Shown one piece after another: positions 41,494 to 51,383 of a stretch of 64,000 nt of DNA. The notes below the pieces were generated by a model, which was not told the origin of the DNA, searched no databases, and saw only the letters and a list, made by a program, of their open reading frames with translations. Origin of the DNA: Methanocaldococcus sp. 28A (GTDB taxonomy: Archaea > AGJL01 > Methanococci > Methanococcales > Methanocaldococcaceae); NCBI GenBank assembly GCA_049852185.1, contig CP187540.1; one strand, given 5' to 3'. A program made the translations under genes and the position numbers. The stretch's first letter is position 1. Every line of letters starts with the position of its first letter.

Positions 41494-42381
41494 ATGCAAT
41501 TTCCAAGAGAGGAATACTTTGCCCCTGGACATAGAGGATGTGCTGGTTGTGGAGCAGCAATTGTAGCAAGGTTATTGCTAAAAGTGGCTGGAAAAAACAC
41601 AATTATATCAAATGCTACTGGATGTTTAGAGGTTATGACAACACCCTACCCAGAAACATCATGGAGAGTTCCATGGATACATACAGCATTTGAAAACGCT
41701 GCAGCAACAGCAAGTGGTATTGAGGCAGCTGTAAAAGTATTAAAAAGAAAGAGAGGAAAATATGCTGACAAAAAAATAAATGTTATAGCTATTGGAGGAG
41801 ATGGTGGAACAGCAGATATTGGTTTTCAGGCATTAAGTGGAGCTATGGAGAGAGGGCATGATATATTATATATAATGTACGATAACGAAGCATACATGAA
41901 CACTGGAATACAGAGAAGTTCCTCAACTCCATTTATGGCTGCTACAACGACCTCTCCAGCAGGTTCAAAAATTAGAGGAGAGGATAGACCTAAAAAAGAC
42001 ATGACAATGATAATGGCAGCTCATGGCATTCCTTATGTAGCTACTGCATGCATTTCATATCCTGAAGATTTCATGAGAAAGGTTAAAAAAGCTTTAAGCA
42101 TTGAAGGGCCTAAATTCATACAAGTATTACAGCCTTGTACAACAGGTTGGGGATATCCTCCAGAAAAAACAATAGAAATTGGAAGATTGGCTGTTGAAAC
42201 TGGAGTTTTCCCGTTATATGAAATTGAAAATGGGGAATTTAGAATTACATACAAACCAGCTAAGAGAAAGCCAGTTAGAGAGTATTTGAAGATGCAGAAA
42301 AGATATAGACACTTAACTGACGAGGATATTGAAAGAATTCAAAGATATATAGACGAAAAGTGTAAGTTGTTAGGTTTATAA
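41494..42381 (+). CDS. porB: Pyruvate:ferredoxin oxidoreductase beta subunit
   Basis: [27 protein letters not shown]. Confidence 0.96.
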   Translation: MQFPREEYFAPGHRGCAGCGAAIVARLLLKVAGKNTIISNATGCLEVMTTPYPETSWRVPWIHTAFENAAATASGIEAAVKVLKRKRGKYADKKINVIAIGGDGGTADIGFQALSGAMERGHDILYIMYDNEAYMNTGIQRSSSTPFMAATTTSPAGSKIRGEDRPKKDMTMIMAAHGIPYVATACISYPEDFMRKVKKALSIEGPKFIQVLQPCTTGWGYPPEKTIEIGRLAVETGVFPLYEIENGEFRITYKPAKRKPVREYLKMQKRYRHLTDEDIERIQRYIDEKCKLLGL

Positions 42382-42387
42382 TATTTT

Positions 42388-42481
42388 AATAGAACTTTCA
42401 CATATTATATACTAATTAGGAATTTAGACACATTTAAGGTGTCATGTTCAATAAAATATTTATTCCTGCAAAAGTCCTATT
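42388..42481. repeat. Palindromic element, family B
   Basis: AATAGAACTTTCACA...TGCAAAAGTCCTATT, central GACAC-atttaag-GTGTC. Confidence 0.82.
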
Positions 42482-42483
42482 TA

Positions 42484-42597
42484 ATAGTTGTGTGCAAAAC
42501 TATCTTAATTAAAATAAGGTATTAGTGAATGCCTTCCTTGTGGAAGGCATTCAAATTATTATTAATAAAAGTTTATCTCATTTTGCATACAAATATA
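42484..42597. repeat. Palindromic element, family A, copy 4
   Basis: ATAGTTGTGTGCAAAA...TTTTGCATACAAATAT, hairpin GAATGCCTTCC-ttgt-GGAAGGCATTC. Confidence 0.9.
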
Positions 42598-42601
42598 ATT
42601 T

Positions 42602-42657
42602 ACACCTCCTCGCTATACTCGGAGGTGTTAGCTTTGATGAAACTTTCTTAAAGTTTC
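42602..42657. repeat. Double-hairpin element, family C
   Basis: ACACCTCC-tcgctatactc-GGAGGTGT followed by GAAACTTT-ctt-AAAGTTTC; the second part recurs at 30108. Confidence 0.65.
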
Positions 42658-42700
42658 TTTCATTTCCTTCTATTATATTTTTAATTTGGAGGTGATAGGG

Positions 42701-43195
42701 ATGAAAAAAATAATAATGGCAAACTACAACTGTGATAACTGTGGAGATTGTGTTAAAGCATGCATGGAAAAAAATAAAGTAGGAAGAATAAGTATAATGG
42801 AGAAAGATGGTAAATACATTCCAATTCTTTGCCAGCACTGTGCTTCAGCTCCATGTAAAGAAGTTTGTCCTGTTTCAGCAATTGAACACAAAGATGGATA
42901 TGTATATTTAAATGAAGAAATTTGCATTGGATGTGGATTATGTGCCTTAGCATGTCCATTTGGAGCTATATTAATGGAAGACAAAGCATACAAGTGTATT
43001 TTATGCAATGGTGATGAACCAGCATGTGTTAAAGCATGTTCAAAGAGATGCTTAGAGCTTATTGATGTAAATGAGCTAATATTTGTTAAGAGAGATAAAG
43101 CCCTGAATTTATTTGGAAAGATTTCAATACCTTCACAAAAAACAGATAACAGCTTAATTTCAAAAATAACCATAGATGCAAAAGTTCAGCCATAA
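42701..43195 (+). CDS. porE: 4Fe-4S polyferredoxin PorE
   Basis: CDNCGDC, CQHCASAPC, CIGCGLC, CILC; follows porB. Confidence 0.85.
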   Translation: MKKIIMANYNCDNCGDCVKACMEKNKVGRISIMEKDGKYIPILCQHCASAPCKEVCPVSAIEHKDGYVYLNEEICIGCGLCALACPFGAILMEDKAYKCILCNGDEPACVKACSKRCLELIDVNELIFVKRDKALNLFGKISIPSQKTDNSLISKITIDAKVQP

Positions 43196-43207
43196 TTTGG
43201 TGAAATT

Positions 43208-43618
43208 ATGGTAGTAGTTAATATTGGCTTTTGTATTGGTTGCAGAAGATGCGAAAGAAGTTGTCCAATAAATGGAATAAATTTTGAAAAATTTCCTATA
43301 AAATGTATGCATTGCGCTAAAAATCCCTGCTTATATGCATGTCCAGAAAATGCTATAGAGAGGATTGACGATAAAGTAGTAGTTATAAAAGATAAATGCA
43401 TTGGATGTGGATTATGTGCCTTAGCATGTCCATTTGGAGCTATAAGAATTGATGGAATAGCAATAAAATGTGATGGATGTTATAAGAGAGATGTAGAGAT
43501 TTGTAAAGAAGTATGTCCAACAGGGGCTATTGACACTCTTGAAGAAATATTAACTAATAAGTTATGCAACACTCTTGAAAAATTCAGTAAGTTATATGCT
43601 CTATATGGTAAAAATTAA
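43208..43618 (+). CDS. porF: 4Fe-4S polyferredoxin PorF
   Basis: CIGCRRC, CMHC, CIGCGLC, CDGC. Confidence 0.85.
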   Translation: MVVVNIGFCIGCRRCERSCPINGINFEKFPIKCMHCAKNPCLYACPENAIERIDDKVVVIKDKCIGCGLCALACPFGAIRIDGIAIKCDGCYKRDVEICKEVCPTGAIDTLEEILTNKLCNTLEKFSKLYALYGKN

Positions 43619-43843
43619 AAAATCATTAGTTTATTATGAATTTTTCTATTTTTATTCCATTTTTATTTTCTTTTTTTTAAAAATATCATAAGTAGTTACA
43701 TTTGAAAATCTTCAAAAAGGTAAAAAGGTATATATTCGTTTATACACAAATAATACTGTGTTTTACTGTGTTTAAAATATTTTGGTTTAATTTTAATATT
43801 TATAAATATTTATCTATAACTCTAAATTATAAAAGTGATGTAA

Positions 43844-44803
43844 ATGGACTGTAATGATATGATAAAAACTCTTGAAGTTTTAAAAAATATTATTAAAGCG
43901 ATTGAGTCTTCTGATAAAGGGGATTTTGAAAAAGCAATAAAATATTTGGATGAAGCATCATCATTGGACCAAAAAAATTCTTTAGTTCTATATATAAAAG
44001 CGATAATTTTAAAAGTTATGGGTGATATGGAAACATCCATAAAATATTTTGAAAAAATAGCTAATGAGAAAGAAAAATCTCCTTTATCTTTGGCAAATTT
44101 GATATGTTTAAATTTTGTTAAAGGAGATTATGAAAAAACATTAAAGTATAGTGATAAACTCTCAAAAGTATCATCAAAATGCTATCTATCTCCATTCCAT
44201 AAAGCGTTAATATTTATTGAATTGGGGAGATATGAAGAAGCATTAAAAAATTTTGATGAGCTTTTGTCTTTAAACGATAAGCTATCATCAGTTTGGAGAC
44301 AAAAAGCAATATTGCTCAACGATATTGGAAAAGTTGAAGAGGCAATTAAATGCTTGGATAAAGTGATAGAGATTAATAAAAATGACGGTTATGCTTGGTA
44401 TCTAAAAGGAAGAATGTTAAAAAAATTGGGAAAATACAAAGAGGCTCTTAAATGTTTATATATTGCAGTTGAATTAAATGAAGATTGGATACATGCATAT
44501 AAAGATATTGGATATATTGAATTAATTGCTGGAAATTATGAAGATTCCCTAAAAAGTCTCAATAAATATTTAGAGAAGTTTCCCAAAGATCTTGAAACAA
44601 AATTTTATAAAGCTGTTGTATATGAACATTTAGAAAAACTTGATGAAGCATTAAAAATTTATGATGAGCTTATTTCGGAATTAAAGTACAATAATTTTAT
44701 GCTAACTAATTCACTGTTAAAAAAAGCACGAATACTTGAAAAATTAGGTAGAATTGAAGAGGCTATTGATATATACAATAAAATATTAAATAATAAAATC
44801 TAA
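43844..44803 (+). CDS. Tetratricopeptide repeat protein
   Basis: Repeated AW..KG..L..LG.YEEA helices. Confidence 0.9.
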   Translation: MDCNDMIKTLEVLKNIIKAIESSDKGDFEKAIKYLDEASSLDQKNSLVLYIKAIILKVMGDMETSIKYFEKIANEKEKSPLSLANLICLNFVKGDYEKTLKYSDKLSKVSSKCYLSPFHKALIFIELGRYEEALKNFDELLSLNDKLSSVWRQKAILLNDIGKVEEAIKCLDKVIEINKNDGYAWYLKGRMLKKLGKYKEALKCLYIAVELNEDWIHAYKDIGYIELIAGNYEDSLKSLNKYLEKFPKDLETKFYKAVVYEHLEKLDEALKIYDELISELKYNNFMLTNSLLKKARILEKLGRIEEAIDIYNKILNNKI

Positions 44804-44809
44804 AAATCA

Positions 44810-47800
44810 TTATCTTCCCCAAAATATATTATTTGTCAGTTTTTGCATTAATTCCATGTATTTTAACAATGCCTCCTTCTCATCATTTCTCAATCTATCC
44901 ATGTATTTGTGATATAGCTCTCTAACATGGCTTTCTGGAACTGCCACATACATATAATCTCCTTCATCAACATGCCTTTTTAATGTAATTCTTCCTTCTA
45001 TAGATATTGAAACAGCTTTTCCAGCTTTTGCCTCTTTGACATTTTCTCCTCTATCTTTTATCTCTCTAACATAACCTAACTGCATTCCATCCTCTCTCAT
45101 TAAAGGATAACCAACTTTTAAAGTTCCATAGATAACATCAACTCCACAAATTGCAGGGTCTTTTTGTCTAAATATACAATCTGGTAGAATTCTAACAATA
45201 GCTGGTTTAATGAGCTTTTCAAATTCACCATATTTAATTCTCTCTTCCTCTTTTTTAACCCATTCTGTGAAGTCCTCAACTAAATTGTATATAATATTAC
45301 CTAAAAACACTTTTATGTCATATTTTTCAATTTCTTTCTGAGCTTCAGGTAAGATTTTTACATTAAATCCAACTATTGCTCCATGCAATGGGTTACTCTG
45401 CTTGTATGATGCAACCTCAATAACATCTTTTTTAGTTATATCTCCAACCTCTGCCTTCTTAATTTTAATTCCTAACTTTCTTAATTCATTAGCTAAAGCT
45501 TCTAATGAACCAAGAGTATCTGCTTTAATTAAAATTCCTTCATTATCGACCTCAATCTTTGCTTCTTCAACCTCTCTCATGACCTCTTCTTTTGCTTTCT
45601 CTATCATATCCTTTGGAACAATTCTTATTGGACATCCTGCAATAACTTTATCCAACTCTGGAGCAGCTATCTTAACCCCCGCAGCAGCAACTACTTCATT
45701 TACAGGCTTAAATTTATCTCTTGGGTCTCTCATTTCATCCAATGGTTTTGGTTTTAATAGGGCTTTAACTCTTGTTACTAAAACACCATCTGGTAATCCT
45801 ACAACTAGATAATCTCCTCTCTTAGCTATTCCATCGTAAATTATTGCATCTATTGTAGTACCTAACCCTTTTTCCTCTTTAACCTCTAATATTGTTCCTT
45901 TTGCATAACCTTCAACATTGAGCTTTAATCTATCTTCTAAAAATCTCTGAGCTAATCCAGCAACCATCATCAACAAATCAGGAATTCCTTCACCAGTCAC
46001 TGCCGAGACAGGGATTATACATACAGTTCTAGTAACATCTTGAACTCTTGAATATAAATCAGCATCAAAACCAAGCTCATTTAATGGTTTTATTATATTC
46101 TCATACAATCTTATTTCAAATTCAGTTAAAGCATTTGGATGTTGAGTCTTTTCATTAAAGTTTAATATAAATGGAACTTCCTTAGAGTTCCATCCTGGGA
46201 TTAAGTCAATTTTATTTGCAGCTACAACAAATGGGGTTTTGTATTGCCTTAATATATTCACAGCCTCTATAGTTTGAGGTTTAAAGCCCTCGTTTATATC
46301 AACAACTAATATGGCTATATCAGCCAAGGCTCCTCCTCTTTTTCTTAATGAAGTAAATGCCTCGTGTCCTGGGGTGTCAATAACTAACAATCCAGGAATT
46401 TTCAAATCTGCTTTTAACATCTTTAATAAATCTCCACACACTCTTTTTATAACATCAATTGGAATCTCACTCGCTCCAATATGTTGAGTAATTCCACCAG
46501 CTTCTCTTTTAGCAACTCTTGTTTTTCTAATTTTATCCAGTAATGTTGTGTTATGTACAACAATACCATTTGCTATAAAATTGTGTGTTTCTGTTGTTAA
46601 ATCATACACATAGCCCTCATAATCAATAACTTCAACATCTTCAACTTCAACAAATGCAATATTTTCAATTAAATTTTTCATGTATTTAATATCATCTTCA
46701 CCAAATTCATGATTTTTCCAAATATTTAATGCCTCTTTTCCTAATTCAGTTAAGTTATTATCTTTTATTAACCCATCACTTTCAAAGGATTTTAAATAAT
46801 TGAAATCTTTTTCTATCCCTTCTAATACTTTTATCTTCTTATCTAAGTTCTTTGGCTTTAATAAGTTTAAGAATTTTTCAACAATTTCATAAGAAGGAAT
46901 TTCTTCTCCATTCTCATATTTTGCGTAATATGGGATATTTACTTCATTCTTAGTTAATCCAAATAGAATTCTTAATCTTTTCATGTCTTTATTTATTGGA
47001 TATTTCTCACTCTTTCTGCTCTTTTCTATAATTTTGTCTAAAATATCTATTTCAAATCCAATATTTTTGAAGTTTATTATATTTCTTTTACCTACAATAT
47101 TTAATTGGTAATATTTTGTGCCATTGTTATTTTTAATATAGATTTTAGAAATTACTCCAAACATCAACAAAACTATAGAAAATCCTCTAATAAACTCCTC
47201 TGAAATGCTAAAAATCTCAATTCTATTCTGTTCTACATTAATTTTTCCAGCCATTTCAAAGTATCCTTTAATAAACTCTGCAACTATCTCTTTTGGAGCA
47301 ATATATAATATCTTTGGAAAAGATATGATATTTTTAGATATATTTAAGTCAAATAGAATTTTAATTAATTTTTCCAATTCATTTAGTTTATTATTTTTAA
47401 ATTCTTTATAGCCTCCAAATATCTTTCCAGCAAAATAAAATATGGTTTTCCACTCATCTAATGATTTAGGCAATGAAATATTTTCATTATCGAATTTATC
47501 TTTACAAAATTCTACAAATTTTTTAAAGCTTATATTATTATATAGTTTTTTTGGTATAGCTATAAAGTCTCCTTTTTTAATATTTTCAGCCTTAATCCAT
47601 CCATTATTTGTTAAAAATGGATGTTCAGGTGTTGTTGTTATAGAATGCCAATTTTTTAACTTTACCATTATCATTTTTCCGTTATGCTTTAATCTCCATA
47701 CATAAGGAGCTTTTATTATCTTAATTTTTCCATTTTCATCTAATGTATAAACATCTATATCCAATTTTTTTATCACTTTATAATTATCTTTTTCAATAAT

Positions 47801-47968
47801 CTCTTTTCCTTGTTTAAATAAATCTTCTATTTTTATTTCTCCAAAAGGAGTTAATACTTTCTCGTTAGGCATTAAACACTTTCCATGGTCAACATGCCCC
47901 AAAACACAAACTATTGGACATCTTAGATTACTTTTATTTTCATTATTTTTTTTAGATTTTTTAGCCAT
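44810..47968 (-). CDS. infB: Translation initiation factor IF-2 / aIF5B, intein-containing
   Basis: GHVDHGK[intein]TTLLD, ITQHIGA, DTPGHEAF, NKID. Confidence 0.96.
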   Translation of the reverse strand: MAKKSKKNNENKSNLRCPIVCVLGHVDHGKCLMPNEKVLTPFGEIKIEDLFKQGKEIIEKDNYKVIKKLDIDVYTLDENGKIKIIKAPYVWRLKHNGKMIMVKLKNWHSITTTPEHPFLTNNGWIKAENIKKGDFIAIPKKLYNNISFKKFVEFCKDKFDNENISLPKSLDEWKTIFYFAGKIFGGYKEFKNNKLNELEKLIKILFDLNISKNIISFPKILYIAPKEIVAEFIKGYFEMAGKINVEQNRIEIFSISEEFIRGFSIVLLMFGVISKIYIKNNNGTKYYQLNIVGKRNIINFKNIGFEIDILDKIIEKSRKSEKYPINKDMKRLRILFGLTKNEVNIPYYAKYENGEEIPSYEIVEKFLNLLKPKNLDKKIKVLEGIEKDFNYLKSFESDGLIKDNNLTELGKEALNIWKNHEFGEDDIKYMKNLIENIAFVEVEDVEVIDYEGYVYDLTTETHNFIANGIVVHNTTLLDKIRKTRVAKREAGGITQHIGASEIPIDVIKRVCGDLLKMLKADLKIPGLLVIDTPGHEAFTSLRKRGGALADIAILVVDINEGFKPQTIEAVNILRQYKTPFVVAANKIDLIPGWNSKEVPFILNFNEKTQHPNALTEFEIRLYENIIKPLNELGFDADLYSRVQDVTRTVCIIPVSAVTGEGIPDLLMMVAGLAQRFLEDRLKLNVEGYAKGTILEVKEEKGLGTTIDAIIYDGIAKRGDYLVVGLPDGVLVTRVKALLKPKPLDEMRDPRDKFKPVNEVVAAAGVKIAAPELDKVIAGCPIRIVPKDMIEKAKEEVMREVEEAKIEVDNEGILIKADTLGSLEALANELRKLGIKIKKAEVGDITKKDVIEVASYKQSNPLHGAIVGFNVKILPEAQKEIEKYDIKVFLGNIIYNLVEDFTEWVKKEEERIKYGEFEKLIKPAIVRILPDCIFRQKDPAICGVDVIYGTLKVGYPLMREDGMQLGYVREIKDRGENVKEAKAGKAVSISIEGRITLKRHVDEGDYMYVAVPESHVRELYHKYMDRLRNDEKEALLKYMELMQKLTNNIFWGR
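46550..47878 (-). mobile_element. Intein in the IF-2 P-loop (443 aa) with degenerate LAGLIDADG domain
   Basis: Begins CLMPNEKV, block B TPEHPF, ends VYDLTTETHNFIANGIVVHN before Thr. Confidence 0.95.
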
Positions 47969-48222
47969 AATAATCCCCCATAGTATTTTTCTATATATTG
48001 TTAAAGTACTTAAATTAGATTTTTGCAAATTATTATAATCCTATGAAAAAATGATATTATGGGAGTTAAAATGCTGTTTATCATTTATTCCAGGGTTCTA
48101 TTTAATAAACTTAATAATCAAATAACAAACAATTAAATATTTTTGTTAGTGGTATAGATAATAACATATAGCTTATATATAAGTTACGAATACATTAATT
48201 CAAAAATAAATAAGGGATTGTA

Positions 48223-48876
48223 ATGGAATTTGAAAATAAAAAATGTGAGATTTGTGGTGAAAAAGCAGAAATTTTTTTATTTGGGAGATTTTTATGCAAA
48301 AATGAAAAATGTATAGAGGAAGCTAAAAATCTGAGCATGGCAAGGCATAAGTTAAAAGTTGTAGCTGTTGGTTCAACAAATCCTGTTAAAATAGAGGCGG
48401 TTAAAGAAGGTTTTGAAAAGGTTTTAGGGACTGTTGAAGTTATTGGGGTTGATGTGGATAGTAATGTCTCAGCTCATCCTATTGGACTGGAAGAAACGTA
48501 TTTAGGAGCATTAAACAGAGCTAAAAATGCATTTGAAAAAGTTCAATGTACTTATGCAGTAGGAATAGAAGCAGGTTTAATAAAAGTGGGAGAACACTAC
48601 ATAGACATCCATGTATGTGTAGTTTTTGATGGAATTAAAGAGACTGTTGGCTTATCTCAGGGCTTTGAATATCCAAAGATTATAGCTGAGAATGTGTTAA
48701 ATGGAATTGAAGGTGGAAAAATAGCTGAAAAAATTTCGGGAGTTAAAGATATTGGAAAAAATATTGGTTTAATTGGTTATTTAACTGATAATAATATAAC
48801 AAGAAAAGATTTATGCAGAGAAAGTGTTATAATGGCTTTAATTCCAAGGATGATAAAAAATGCTCATTTATATTAG
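48223..48876 (+). CDS. yjjX: Inosine/xanthosine triphosphatase (YjjX) with N-terminal Cys-rich segment
   Basis: VGSTNPVKIEAV, GALNRA, VGIEAG, GLIGYLT. Confidence 0.88.
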   Translation: MEFENKKCEICGEKAEIFLFGRFLCKNEKCIEEAKNLSMARHKLKVVAVGSTNPVKIEAVKEGFEKVLGTVEVIGVDVDSNVSAHPIGLEETYLGALNRAKNAFEKVQCTYAVGIEAGLIKVGEHYIDIHVCVVFDGIKETVGLSQGFEYPKIIAENVLNGIEGGKIAEKISGVKDIGKNIGLIGYLTDNNITRKDLCRESVIMALIPRMIKNAHLY

Positions 48877-48888
48877 AGAGGTGAAAAC

Positions 48889-49551
48889 ATTAACTTAAAA
48901 ATCAGTAAAAAAGATGTTGTTGAATGGATAATATTCTTAGTAGTTTTGTTTTTAATTTGGAGTCATGTAAATGTTGTAGTTTCAGATAGTATGTATCCAA
49001 TAATGAAGAGAGGAGATTTGGTTATAGTAGAAAATGCTGGGTTTGAATTTAATCCAAATGATGTTAAAGTTGGAGATATTGTTGTTTATAAAGCTCACTG
49101 GCCTTATTATCAATATTTGTTATATGAAATATATTATAAACTTCATCTAAATCCAATTAAAACTCTATGTATATTTAAAGAAAATTATGATAATAAAGAA
49201 ATCTCAATAAACGTCTTAGGTGATTTAAAAACAGATAATGGTACTTACAAAATATTAGAGATTGACATCCCAAAAAGTCCAATAACACCAGTAATCCATA
49301 GAGTCATTGATAAGGTTAAATTTAATAATAACACTTACTTTATAATAAAAGGAGACAATAACAATATACACGACCCAGAGCTCGTTTCAGTTAATCAAAT
49401 AAAGCAGAGAGTTGTAGTTATAAATGGTCATCCCTTAGTAATTCCATATTTAGGTTATTTATCAATCTGGGTTAAAGAATATTGGTATTTAGTAATTTTG
49501 TTTATCCTGCTTTATTATGGATATGATTACATAAAAGGAGGGAAAAAATGA
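48889..49551 (+). CDS. Signal peptidase I (S26B); start probably ATT at 48889
   Basis: VVSDSMYP..RGD, VIHRV, KGDNN..D; frame is open upstream of the TTG at 48946 back to an ATT behind GAGGTGA. Confidence 0.88.
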   Translation: MNLKISKKDVVEWIIFLVVLFLIWSHVNVVVSDSMYPIMKRGDLVIVENAGFEFNPNDVKVGDIVVYKAHWPYYQYLLYEIYYKLHLNPIKTLCIFKENYDNKEISINVLGDLKTDNGTYKILEIDIPKSPITPVIHRVIDKVKFNNNTYFIIKGDNNNIHDPELVSVNQIKQRVVVINGHPLVIPYLGYLSIWVKEYWYLVILFILLYYGYDYIKGGKK

Positions 49552-50150
49552 AAAAACTGCTGTTAATTCTTGGAATAATTGTATTAATAACTTCAATGTC
49601 TATGTGTATTACGTCTAAAAATATTAATGATTTAAAAAAAGATATTGTAATTGAGTATAATGGAACTCCAATAAAAGTTCCTTTGAGGGCAACAATTGGA
49701 GAAGCAAAAGAAGTAAAGTTGATAAATACAACTGATAAAGAAATTTATGATTATTATCACTCTAAAATACTGATTTACATTTATGGAAATTTAAGTTTAA
49801 AGCCCGAAGAAGGAGAAGTTTCAATAATTGATTTAATAACAAAATTAGTATGGTTCAATCAGTTCTACCCCCACAATATAGTTATTGAGTTAAACAGAAC
49901 TAATACAACTGTAACTGTAAAAAGTATCTTTGCAAATGGAAAATCATCAATAAATAAACTTAAAATAAATGATAGTGAATATTTAATTCACAACAATAAA
50001 ACAATGGTTATAAAGTTTATAAGAACACAAAATAATGCAACTATAATAAGAATAAACAATACTTTTATAATTGAAGGAAACTCATTAAAGGAGATGGATA
50101 AAGCAGAGACGAGATTTGTCATAGCAATGCTTAAAGGAACTATTAATTAA
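49548..50150 (+). CDS. Hypothetical secreted protein / lipoprotein
   Basis: MKK + hydrophobic stretch + SMC. Confidence 0.75.
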   Translation: MKKLLLILGIIVLITSMSMCITSKNINDLKKDIVIEYNGTPIKVPLRATIGEAKEVKLINTTDKEIYDYYHSKILIYIYGNLSLKPEEGEVSIIDLITKLVWFNQFYPHNIVIELNRTNTTVTVKSIFANGKSSINKLKINDSEYLIHNNKTMVIKFIRTQNNATIIRINNTFIIEGNSLKEMDKAETRFVIAMLKGTIN

Positions 50151-50180
50151 AATTTTAAAATCTTTTTTTTGGTGTTTTTT

Positions 50181-51383
50181 ATGTTGATTGTTGATGTAAA
50201 TCATGGAGCATTGGATTTAGCTGAAGAATATTTAAATTTGGGCTATGATGTTGATGTATGGGATATTTATCAAAAAATAAAAAAATCTGATGATTTTAAG
50301 GAAAGATATTTAAAATTAAAAGAAAGATTTAAAAATAAATTCAATCTATTTTTTGAACCTCCAAACTTTGAAAAGTATGATAGAATTATAGCTCCAATAC
50401 ACTGCCCAATAGATATTAACTTTATTCCATTTACTGATGCAGTATCTGAAATATTAAAGGAAAAATTTGGAAATATCCATAAAAAAATAATAAATATCAC
50501 TGGAGTTAAGGGAAAGACTACAACAACATCTTTAATAAATCATATCTTAAAAGAAGAATATACAACTTACTTACACAACTCAAATTATGGCTCAATTGCT
50601 CCACCAACTATTTTAAGAGTGTTAAATAATTTAGATATAGATAGATATGACTTTTTTATATTTGAAACTTCATTGGGATTAATTAAATGTAAATATGGAG
50701 CTATAATAAATGTATTAGAAAATTATAAAATAGCAAATGGATTAAGAGATGCATTAACTGCAAAATTTGGCTCTTTAAAAAATGCTGAAATATCGTTTAT
50801 AAATAAGAGAGATATTAACAGATATAACTTAAAAATAAACCATAAATGTCTAAATATTGTTGATGCAGATAAGGCAAAGATTTTAAACAAATACCCTCTA
50901 AAATTTGAATACTTTGATGAAATCTTTGAATTCAATAAAAACGTTTTTGGATTGCATTTTGTAGAAAATTCATTATTTGCAATAGAGATTTGTAAAAATT
51001 TGGTTAATGTGGATGAAATAAAAGAAAGATTAAAAACCTTTACTATAAAAAATAGAATGGAAATTAAAAAAGTTAATGGAAATATTTTAATAAAAAATAT
51101 TAATCCTGGTTTAGATGTAAAAGCTATCTATTATGCTATAAAAGATTTTTTAGAAGTGTTTAATGGGGATATATATATTGGCGGAGATTTTGGAATAGTT
51201 TGTGAAGAAATTGATATAAAAAAGCTATCTAAAGTTCTAAAAAACTTTAACTGTCAATACATATTTGTTGGAGAGATTGGAAGAGAACTTTTAAATTATT
51301 TAGATGGAGAGTATATTGAAAGATTTAATGAAAATAAAGTAAATAAAAACTCTTTAGTTATTCTTAGAGAAAAAATAAAATAA
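50181..51383 (+). CDS. cfbE: Coenzyme F430 synthase (Mur-ligase-like)
   Basis: D.NHGA, APIHCP, ITGVKGKTTT, FETSLG, VCEE. Confidence 0.85.
   Translation: MLIVDVNHGALDLAEEYLNLGYDVDVWDIYQKIKKSDDFKERYLKLKERFKNKFNLFFEPPNFEKYDRIIAPIHCPIDINFIPFTDAVSEILKEKFGNIHKKIINITGVKGKTTTTSLINHILKEEYTTYLHNSNYGSIAPPTILRVLNNLDIDRYDFFIFETSLGLIKCKYGAIINVLENYKIANGLRDALTAKFGSLKNAEISFINKRDINRYNLKINHKCLNIVDADKAKILNKYPLKFEYFDEIFEFNKNVFGLHFVENSLFAIEICKNLVNVDEIKERLKTFTIKNRMEIKKVNGNILIKNINPGLDVKAIYYAIKDFLEVFNGDIYIGGDFGIVCEEIDIKKLSKVLKNFNCQYIFVGEIGRELLNYLDGEYIERFNENKVNKNSLVILREKIK

Noticed and set aside
1222-42657. Palindromic repeats considered as CRISPR repeats or tRNAs
   Set aside because: Dispersed, about 80-120 bp, with no repeat-spacer periodicity, no cloverleaf and no cas genes.
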